This document shows positions 1 through 8,679 of a stretch of DNA of 45,210 bases, piece by piece. A program made the position numbers and the translations under genes. The notes under the pieces are model-generated. The model was not told the origin of the DNA and made no database searches. It saw only the letters and a list, made by a program, of their open reading frames with translations. The stretch comes from Chloropicon primus (taxonomy: Eukaryota): contig CP060773.1 in the NCBI GenBank assembly GCA_023205875.1, positions 372,001-417,210 of the forward strand, read 5' to 3'. The number at the start of each line of letters is the position of its first letter. Positions within the stretch are counted from its first letter, which is position 1.

Positions 1-488
1 ACAACGTCCGACGCCTTCACCCCAAGCTTCTGTATCGCCTGACTGCCGAGCCTTATCGAGTACAACTGCCCGTCCACCCCTGGAACAATTGCTGCCTTGG
101 GGGACAAGTCCGAGCTCCTTTGCGGCGTGATCGATGTCCTCACCAGCGCTCCTTCCGTCTCCGACTCCCACAGCTTCTCCCCACTCAAGGCGTCAAACGC
201 ATGAACCCTCCCGTCCACCGTCTCCACCAAGACAGACACCTGCATCGGCAAGGCAGACTCATCGCTCTCTTCCCCGGCACTCCCTCCCCTCCTCGCTCGA
301 CCTGCACCTTTCTGTCGCGTTTGACTCGTCGTCGTCGGAACGTTTGACACCAAAGCGGCTTGTCTGAAAGGCGTCGAGGCGTGGGCAACCAAGTGCGAGT
401 GCGAGGCCAAGCAAACCGCCAGAATCCCCACAAGAGCGAACGCAAGCTGACGGAAACGCAGCCGTCCCCGTCGATGCTCCTTGATCAT
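1..488 (-). CDS. IRE1: IRE1-like ER stress sensor, N-terminal luminal (PQQ-like beta) domain; partial, runs off the window start
   Basis: Not in the ORF track. Hand translation from ATG 488 is open to base 1: MIKEHRRGRLRFRQLAFALVGILAVCLASH (signal/anchor)...VSVLVETVDGRVHAFDALSGEKLWESET...AAIVPGVDGQLYSIRLGSQAIQKLGVKASDV. This resembles the IRE1/PERK luminal motifs STLDGSLHAV..TG.IKW and P...DGSLY....L.KLP. The kinase/RNase domains lie outside the window. Confidence 0.72.
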   Translation of the reverse strand, partial: MIKEHRRGRLRFRQLAFALVGILAVCLASHSHLVAHASTPFRQAALVSNVPTTTSQTRQKGAGRARRGGSAGEESDESALPMQVSVLVETVDGRVHAFDALSGEKLWESETEGALVRTSITPQRSSDLSPKAAIVPGVDGQLYSIRLGSQAIQKLGVKASDV

Positions 489-1085
489 GGTCCTCCTGCA
501 CTCCGCCACCTTGAACCTTTTCGGGTGCTCCTTCGAGGCTCTCTTCGTCGCTGTCTTCTCACACCTCCATCATGCTGACCATCCCGACGCCTCGAGCACC
601 TCGCCGTCCCTGGCCTCTCGCCGTCACGGCTTCCGCCAAAGTATGAACGAAGCGTTGCTCTCAGTGCGTCCTGTCGAGTCACCCCCTGTTTCGGGTCCTC
701 AAATCTTCCTCAGACCGCTTCCAGTTTCAAGCGAGAGCTCTTTCGAAAGAAGAAGAGATGGTGCTTCCTCCTCGCTCTCTTCCTTTCTCCCTCTCGACCT
801 CCCCCGCCCCCCACTGCCTCACAAGCGTCCGCCTTTCTCTCTCCCTCTCGGCTGGGCTCGATCGGTTTGTCCCGTTCAGCCTCGCCGGCGATCGCTGCTC
901 TCGGAGATCAAAGGCTTGGGAGATCAGAGCTTGGAGGGGGAGGAGTTGCAGGGCGAGGTGAGGGTGATCACAAGGAGGGAAGGGGCATCAAGTGACGTGC
1001 GCACCAAGATCATCTCACGATCTTTCGCTGGAGTCCGCAGTCGATCAAAATGACCCACGGGTGAGGGAGCTGGTGGAATGGAGGA

Positions 1086-1118
<33 letters not shown>

Positions 1119-1244
1119 CAACTACCTCTCGTAACGTAACGTTCATACACATAGGAAAGCGAGGTCCTCTGCGGTCCTCTGCGCTCCACCGGTGATTTAT
1201 TTGGTAAGACTTCTGCCGCGAAAGGTGGACCGTACCCATGCCCC

Positions 1245-2211
1245 CTACAGCTCCTCGATGAGAGGTTTGAAGTCCTCAGAGGCAGGACGCGGTGAGGCGC
1301 CGTCGTCGTTGCCTCTGGAAGGGTTCTCAACAACGAGGAGCTTCTCCTCCAGGGAGCTCCCTTGCGGATTTGCGTCGACTGGCGCTTGCCTTGCGGACGC
1401 GTTCGACTTGGGATTATTGCTTGCCTTGTTCCTCTCCTCATCCTCTGCCAGCTGCTCGAATCGCTTGGCCATCGTCCCCGCCATCGACTGGTAGAAAGCC
1501 ATCACCTGCGGGTTGTTTTGGTACTTCTTGATGTTCTCCGGATTCTTCGCGATGTCGTTGACCGCCTGCATCACTTCGGGGTTGTCGAACCCCTTCATGA
1601 GGTCTGGGTTCTGCATCACGTTCTGCATCATGTCCGCGGTGGGCTTCATCGCATCAGCGACCTTCTCCTTCATTTGCATCAGCTTGGCCTGGTCCGAGTT
1701 CGGGTCGATCTTCATCCATTCTGGAACTTTTGTTTGGCTGCCCTGGCCACCCAAGTCCCCCCCTCCCTTCCATGCTTTGATCTCCACCATCCCATCCTTC
1801 TTCTTCTTCTTCTTCTTCTCCTGCTGCTGAGGCTTCTTCCTCGGAGCATCGAAGAACCCACGCCTCATTCCCTGCTTCACAGGAGCCGCTTTGCTGGCCG
1901 CCCTTGCAGCCGGCTTGGCAGCGTACGCTCCTGCCAAATACAGCAATGCAGAGAGCCATCTTCAGTCTCACAATTCCCTGGCACGGTTGCCATCAGCTTG
2001 TTTCACTTACCATCTTTCACGCCGAGCTTGCTCAGTTCCTTGGACACGTCGTCCAGTGGCGGTGGAGCCTCTGTTTCTCATCACGACGATAGAGCAAAGA
2101 AGAAGAAGAGTCGATGTCAGACATCCTAATCTTCCAGGAGGCACTCGTTCATCGGCCAGCAATCTTTGCATTCTTCTTCTTACCGTCTTCTTCATCAGAA
2201 CTGGAGGACAT
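1245..2211 (-). CDS. STI1/DP-domain co-chaperone-like protein (257 aa, 3 exons: 2211-2184, 2070-2011, 1930-1245)
   Basis: GTAAGA/GTAAGT donors and CAG acceptors join in frame to give MSSSSDEEDEAPPPLDDVSKELSKLGVKDGAYAAK. The C-terminal half has STI1 repeats (MMQNVMQNPDLMKGFDNPEVMQAVNDIAKNPENIKKYQNNPQV). Confidence 0.8.
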
Positions 2212-2627
2212 CTTGAACCGTCCTCCACAGCAGAGTGTCCTCTGGTTCTAGCAGGTGTTGGACCAAAGCTCGTGTCACTTCACAGGTGTCACGCAATCCT
2301 CGCGATGGGATGCACCGCCTGCTGGATCCCTTGCCTCCCTCTTGCGCCTGTTGAACCGGAACACCCCTCCACTCCACCCTCTGGCTGCCCCCTCCAAGCA
2401 CCACTTGGTGAGAGGAGCTCGGTCTATGTTAGACTAAACTGTGCCAAATCCTTCACAGGACGCCATTCGTTTCGATGAAAGGCTCTTTGGGAAGCCAATG
2501 AGACGATCTTGACATCTTTAAACTCCCTCACCTCGTCCCTCTTCGTTCTCGTGGTCCATACCTCGCTCAAACTCACCTCGCTGGTCTGATGGTGCACTGA
2601 TCCCCTGGACAAGATCTGCAAAGCAGA

Positions 2628-2682
<55 letters not shown>

Positions 2683-2815
2683 GAGAGGAGATTTTATCCC
2701 TGTGTCATCCTCCTGAAGGATCCTGCATCGCATCTTGGCATCATCTGCGTCCAAGGAAAGGATGGAAGGCTTCATCTTTGGGGTTTGAAGTGACAGAGGA
2801 GCAGGGAGAAGGAAG

Positions 2816-4141
2816 ATGAACCAAGGGAAGCAGAGGAGTTGGCGTGCTTACGCACGTCACGTCAGGGGGGCTGTGGACGACCTGCGGAGAGGGAAGCTCA
2901 AGGGACACATGCTTGAAATCGGCATCGTGTTCTTGCTTTTCATCACATTGATGGGATACTTCGTGCTTCAACCCCAGACCACTGCGAAGAGGAAGATCAG
3001 TTCCTACTTCAAGGATATCCAGCAGGAGGCCAAGTATCACAGACAGCAACTGCTGAAGATCCAGGAAGAGAGGAATGGATTGGACAAGCTTGAGAGTTTC
3101 CACTCCAGTGCCTATGCCAAGCTCATCTCTGAATTCGAGGAAGCTTTGTCGAAGGATGTCTCCCTTGGCGCGGCACAACACGTGCTGCTTCAAGAGATCT
3201 GCAGAGATCCGCTTCATGGACTTCAAGGTCAATACTTTGCGTCAGAGGGTCAGAACTTTGACAACAACGGGCCACTGAATGAGACGTGGCCAGGTGTTGT
3301 CGCCGCAGCGGTGGGTCAGGTGGTGAAGCAGACCAAGGAAGGTCGGGCGGGCATGACTTCGTGTTCCCTGTTCGACGTTGGCAGCAGCAGCAGACCTGAT
3401 ATCTTGGTTGAGATCCTCAATACTGTTTCATCAAGCGAGTGCGAGACGTACATCTACGAGACGACGAGCAGCAGCGTGGAGCGCCTTGAGCAGGCGCTTG
3501 AAGCCTCACCTCACACCCGGCGCGTCGGCCTGAAGGGGTTCTGGAACTATACGATGGATGGCAAGTCAGCTCCGTTCAAGGTGACCACGATGGACACGCT
3601 GATGGCGGAGCAGCTCCAGAAGCACGAGTACTTGGAGAGCGACCTCATAGTGGCGAGGATAGGTAGGATGGTGGACGATAGTTTTTGGAAAGAGATACAT
3701 GGAGGAGCGGACACGATCGAGCGCATCGCGGGCAGGAGGATCAATCTCAGCCCGCTGCAGGGGCTCGAGAAGTTCTTGCTGCTGAAGAGGCTCACCATGG
3801 TGGTTTGGGAGTCGTACACGGATCACAAGCTCAAGGAGGAGATCGACTACGTGTCTAGCTTCGGGTATAAGGTATACATAGTGGGAAGAAAAAAGTTTGT
3901 GAGGGTTGATGGCTACTACTACGACCAGAAATACAGCGGACTGAGCCAAAGCAACTCGGCGTTCGGGATCGAGGAATCGTACTTGGGAACGTGCCACTTT
4001 TCGGTTACTCTCGTAGCGTTTGTGGAGACCCACAGCATTAACTCGTTCATACAGCAAGAGCAGCTGCCGTGCAAGCATTTCAAGGGCGTCAGCTGCAAGT
4101 GCGACAACTTCAGGACGGACCGAGTTTATGACATGTGCTGA
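2816..4141 (+). CDS. Type II membrane protein with coiled-coil stem and divergent FkbM-like (Methyltransf_21) domain
   Basis: 441-aa intronless ORF with a basic N-tail, a TM helix (IGIVFLLFITLMGYFVL) and a coiled stem. It then shows LFDVG, YIYE, VTTMDTL, MVVWE and VSSFGYKVYIVG in FkbM-family order. Confidence 0.6.
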   Translation: MNQGKQRSWRAYARHVRGAVDDLRRGKLKGHMLEIGIVFLLFITLMGYFVLQPQTTAKRKISSYFKDIQQEAKYHRQQLLKIQEERNGLDKLESFHSSAYAKLISEFEEALSKDVSLGAAQHVLLQEICRDPLHGLQGQYFASEGQNFDNNGPLNETWPGVVAAAVGQVVKQTKEGRAGMTSCSLFDVGSSSRPDILVEILNTVSSSECETYIYETTSSSVERLEQALEASPHTRRVGLKGFWNYTMDGKSAPFKVTTMDTLMAEQLQKHEYLESDLIVARIGRMVDDSFWKEIHGGADTIERIAGRRINLSPLQGLEKFLLLKRLTMVVWESYTDHKLKEEIDYVSSFGYKVYIVGRKKFVRVDGYYYDQKYSGLSQSNSAFGIEESYLGTCHFSVTLVAFVETHSINSFIQQEQLPCKHFKGVSCKCDNFRTDRVYDMC

Positions 4142-4257
4142 GCACCAAGCAGGGGGTTAAAAGAAAAGATTTTGTTTCGTTTTTTAGCACGACGACACCT
4201 CGGTCCTCCTCCCCTTTCCTTTTCTTTTTTGGTGTGTGTGTGCGTGTCTTGGAACGA

Positions 4258-5094
4258 TTAACCTCCGCTCCCGGAGGGCTGGCTCCCGGAGGGAGGTGTG
4301 CAGAGGAAGGACAGCGCTCCGCAGAATATCTCCGTGGACGCCTCGGCGATCTGGGTGCCGGTGGTTTGCAGGCCGCTGACGAGGTTGTTGCCAAAATCCG
4401 TGAAGGCGCTCCCAACAGAGTTCAGGCCCTCCTCCAAGGTGGAGTTGCCTGATAGCACGTTCGAGATGCTCTCTCCGATAGTGTTGCCCGCCGCCGAGAG
4501 ATCTTGCAGAGCCGGTTCCACCACGCTTGTGGCGTTTTGCACAACGTCCGCCACGTACTGACGCCCACCGCCTTCTGTGATGACGTCGGTGACGTTCGAC
4601 ACCCCGTCGACAATCTCGCCCACGGTCCGCACCCCCTTTTGGAGTCCTCCGACGATCCCGCTGAGGTCTTGCACGACCTTTTGGAGCTGCCCGTTCGTAA
4701 GCGCGGGCCGCAGCCTGATGCTCAGCTGCGAGGCGTCCCCCAGGAAGCTGTTGTTGAGCTCGCCGAAGAGCGAAGTAATCGACCAAGTCCCAAGGGCAAC
4801 GGCAACCGCAGTCAGCACGAAAGCGACCAGCTGGCACACCCTCGCACTGATTTGGACGCAGGCCTGCCTCCTGTACTTTCTCACGTCCACAACGAACTGG
4901 GCATACTCCTTGCTGCTGACTTTTATGATGCCGTTCTTCAACCTCTTCCCCTTGTAGGTGAAGTGTTGCCCCTCCCTCTGCCCGACCTCGGCGATCTCAA
5001 GCAGCTCCTGGCTCACCTGATCCGCCCTCGACACGGAAGAGTCCCCTCCCCTCGCGCTCAGCAACTGCGCCCTCGCTGTGTCTGGCCCGCTCAT
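4258..5094 (-). CDS. Orphan type II membrane protein (278 aa) with amphipathic G/S/N-rich helical C-terminal region
   Basis: Open frame from ATG 5094 (MSGPDTAR). One TM segment (LVAFVLTAVAVALGTWSI) is followed by apolipoprotein-like helices with N-glycosylation sequons (NNS, NVT, NAT, NST). Confidence 0.75.
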   Translation of the reverse strand: MSGPDTARAQLLSARGGDSSVSRADQVSQELLEIAEVGQREGQHFTYKGKRLKNGIIKVSSKEYAQFVVDVRKYRRQACVQISARVCQLVAFVLTAVAVALGTWSITSLFGELNNSFLGDASQLSIRLRPALTNGQLQKVVQDLSGIVGGLQKGVRTVGEIVDGVSNVTDVITEGGGRQYVADVVQNATSVVEPALQDLSAAGNTIGESISNVLSGNSTLEEGLNSVGSAFTDFGNNLVSGLQTTGTQIAEASTEIFCGALSFLCTPPSGSQPSGSGG

Positions 5095-5423
5095 CACCGC
5101 CCCCTCGCACGATGTGAAGAACCGTTTCACGCCCTCACGCCCTCCCTCCGTCCTCCCTTGCGCCAAGCGAGGGCTGGATGGAAAGCTCTCGAGACGCTCT
5201 TCAAGCCTCTCTCCCTCCCTTCTTCCCTCTCTCTTCGCCCCTCCCCTTCGAACGAACGCAAACGCTTCTCCTAAAACCCCATCACGGACTCCCGCCAAAA
5301 AAACTGTAACGCTCGTAACGCTCAATCACGGCTCTCGAGACGAAAACGGCGGGAGAGAGTGAGAGAGTGAGGCCTGACTTGAGGTTTGACAATCGCGGCG
5401 GTCGAGGATATTGCACGACGAGG

Positions 5424-6248
5424 ATGAGCACGAGGAACCCAGCGTACGACCGGCCGGTGGAGCCGGTGGCTTCCATGTCGCACCAGCCGCCGATGGAGCA
5501 GAGGAAGGCCGACCATCCAGATGAGGACGAGGAGGTTGCGATGGAGGTTGCCCCCCTGCTCCACGCGGAGATGCAGAAGGTTCACGGAAGGACGAGGTGC
5601 CAGACCTGTGCAATCGTCACACAAACCGTCCTGTACGTGAACTCGGGCCACAAAGCACGCAAACACAATTCCACCACCACAACCACCAACTTTTCTCTCT
5701 TTCTCTCTGCCTTGCTTGCACATCAGAGCTCGAGGTCGCTGACAAAACCTACCCTTCCTCCTCTGCCTTGCCCGTGCGTGTCCCTCTTGTGTCCCTGCAT
5801 AGGCTTGTCTGCATAGGCCTGGTGATCATCGCAGGCGTCGTTGTCATCGTCGGGGAGTTCCAGTCCCTGAACAAGGAGCTGGACTCGATCGCGTACACGG
5901 GAGAGCTTGCGAGACCCTTGCTCCAGGACGGGGCGACCTTGGCCAACAACTTCAACAGTGAGTGGGAGGAAGCGTCTTGGTGATGCGGTTGAATGACTGA
6001 GCTGACTCAATTCTGGATCTTTTCTTGCCGCAGACTTGACTGGAGACCTCGAAGGTAACCTTGGAATCACCGGGAATGGTTCCGTGGCGTCGGGAGTGAG
6101 AGACTTCACCAACCAGATCGCAGATGCGGGGAGGCAGCTCTTCAATGGGTTGACGGGGGCCCTCACAGGTGCCACAGGCAACGGAACCGACGCTCCCGCG
6201 GCTCCGGCGCCGCCGCCAGCAGGAACAACAACACAGGGAGGGAATTGA
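5424..6248 (+). CDS. Orphan type II membrane protein (3 exons: 5424-5632, 5803-5957, 6034-6248)
   Basis: GTACGT..TAG and GTGAGT..CAG introns with CTGAC branch sites join three track ORFs in frame: MSTRNPAY...CQTCAIVTQTVLLVCIGLVIIAGVVVIVGEFQSLNKEL...RPLLQDG...VRDFTNQIADAG...TTTQGGN. Confidence 0.75.
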
Positions 6249-6347
6249 GCCGAGCAGCTGCATGCAACACAAGATCTCTCGGACGTTTGGGTGGGCGGCG
6301 GCTTCGTTTCACGTAGTTTACACCTAATCCTTTCGTTACAACCATTT

Positions 6348-7396
6348 TCACGACAGCAAGTCCACCTCCTGCCGCGTGAGCAGTCTCCACTTTCCCTCGG
6401 GCAACCCCTCGACATCCCACGGGCCGATTCGGGTCCGAAAAAGGTCGACGACCTTCAGGCCAACCTTGGAGCAGCACCGCCGAATCTGGTGCTTCCTCCC
6501 TTCCCTGAGCTCGAAACCCAAAACTTTCTTGTCCTCGGCATCCTGCTTCACGACCATTCTCTTCAGCTTCACTCCGTCCAGGTTCATGGACCCGTTCAGC
6601 CGCTTCACTTGCTCCGCGGACGCGTCCCTGTCCACCTCGACGACGTATCTCTTCCAAACGTCTTTGGTTCCTATGACCCTCCTCGCGAGGACGCCGTCCT
6701 GGGTCATCAGAAGCAGTCCCCGGGACTCTTTGTCCAAGCGACCGACGACTGCCATGTGCCAGGGCTCTTTCACGACAGCGCGAGTCATCGCTCCGTCCGG
6801 TGCCGGGCCCCGCCCCTCGGGAACAAACTGGTTCTCGGCCCTCAGGAGCTCCCAGGCTGGGGTCTGTCCGAGCTTGTGGTCCGGCTGTGGTTCGCGCAGA
6901 AGCAATTTCAGTCCCAAGGAGAACACACACACACACACACACACAGAGAGAGAGAGTGAGACGCACGCACGCACGCACGCACGAAAGGGAGAGCGAGAGA
7001 GCGATGACCCACCTGTGTGCTCACGATGCCCATGGGCTTGTGCAGTATCGCCGTTGGCTGTTCCTCCTTCACGATGGTGATCTCCGCCCCGACGTCGATC
7101 TTCCTCCCCGGATCCCGGTGTACCTGCCCATCCACCATCACCTTGCCGTCCTGCATGAGCCTCTCGCTCTCCCTCCTGCTCGCCAAGCCGCGCTGGGACA
7201 TAATCTTCGCCGCCCTTTCCAGGTGGTGTTGTGCCTCCTCCTGCCTCCTGGCGCCCCCCTTCCTCGAAGTGCCCGCAAGGTAAACGTCCTTTGGCACTGG
7301 CCTCGGCCTCCTGCTGGACTCCGTCCCCTCCCTCCTCCTCTGCCCTCCCCTGCCCTCCCCCCACCCGCTGCTTCGGCAAACGCGCACCTTCTTCAT
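6348..7396 (-). CDS. RsuA/RluB/E/F-family rRNA pseudouridine synthase with S4 domain, probably organellar (exons 7396-7013, 6884-6348)
   Basis: S4 motif ERAAKIMSQRGLASRRESERLMQDGKVMVDG, motif I LHKPMGIVS, catalytic GRLDKESRGLLLMTQDG, and LREGRKHQIRR...LFRTRIG. A phase-0 GT..CAG intron joins the two track ORFs. Confidence 0.92.
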
Positions 7397-7600
7397 CACG
7401 ACTTGAAATGGGCGAGGAGAGGATGTCCCGGCATCAAACGAGTCAAGCGACGGCTTTTTCGAAAGATATCAAGGTCTAGTTTCACTGAGTATCGAAGATG
7501 ATCTCCCCTTCGCCCGAAAATCGGTATCAAATCTCCATCCTATCGCGACCACCCCGAGGACGATGGCGATGATGTTGTTCCCTCCAAAACGTTTTACGAC

Positions 7601-7829
7601 CCACTCCGTGCGTCAAAATCTTCAACCGAGGTGTCGATGGAAATCTATTGAGACGGAACTTTGACTCTCACCCTCCTCTCCTTGTCCTTGTCCTTCCTCT
7701 TCCTCTCTCCAGCCCGTCACCTCACCTCCAGCTTCCAATTGCTTTGATTTATATTTTGATCTCCCTCTACCGAACCACTCCGTGGGTCAAAATCTTCACA
7801 CGAGGTGTCGATGGAAAGATCTTGAGACG
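7601..7829 (+). repeat. Imperfect ~55-bp direct repeat pair (7601-7655, 7775-7829)
   Basis: ccactccgtg(c/g)gtcaaaatcttca(ac/ca)cgaggtgtcgatggaaa...ttgagacg occurs twice, offset 174 bp. Confidence 0.9.
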
Positions 7830-8679
7830 TAGAATTCCATTATAGGCACCAAACCCTCCTTAGAGCACCGCAGCGACTGACCTATCCCCTCTCTTTCCCA
7901 GACCTCTTGACCGAACCGTCCCTCCCTGCTTGGTGTGAAACATTCACCATGCATTTCGCAATACTAAACGTCTCTCACCAAAACCGATATGTACACTATG
8001 TATGAGTCCTGGTACACTATTTGTGAAACCCCTGGGGCGCCCCAGAGGTTCCAAGAAAATGAAAAGGAGAGTGAGTTCTTGAGTACTTTGTCCAACGAAT
8101 ACGAGTGTTTTTGTCTGTGTATGACGTTTATTAATGTGTCGGTCGCGAGGGTATTTCCCACCAAGGGTCAAGAGAGCGAGGAGAGGGAGGACAGGACCGC
8201 TTCTCTGGGTTGGCCTCATTGCTCCAAAGTCGGCTACGTTGGTGTGGTATTGGATCCAAGATCGTACCTTTCCATTAGCAAAAGGTTCCTTCATCCAAGG
8301 GAAGCGCCAGGATCGGCACCACCGCCAGGGACGAGACGCTGGAAGGGCCAAGACCCTTGGGTCAGTGCAGTGGGCCAAGCTCGGGAAGCCCACCCAACGC
8401 TTGAGTGACACAGGCTCACCAAGGTTCACAAGCTTGTGAGGTGGATCTCTGTCTACAAACGGGAATTACTTGTCATCATTGCCGTCAAAAGACAAGCTTG
8501 TCTCCTGTATCGCTCCCAACACGGCGGCGTGCGTGTGTTCGTCATGGCTGGCAAAGGTTTGAGTTGCTCTTCCGGAAAGATTATAGTTTGCTCTTTGCTC
8601 TGAAGAGGTCGTGCTTGGCTGATAGACTGATCGCTTGATTGAATTAACGAGACAGAAGCAACGAAGCAATATCCACAAG

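Noticed and set aside
2610..2700. Minus-strand (CT)n tract plus TTTGCAG acceptor, suggesting a non-canonical intron
   Set aside because: No adjacent GT donor and no coding frame to test it against; cannot be supported without transcripts.
7944..8450. Overlapping 100-160 aa ORFs upstream of the channel gene
   Set aside because: AT-richer, lacks the local codon bias and has no motif. Probably promoter or 5'UTR sequence; a degraded insertion cannot be excluded.
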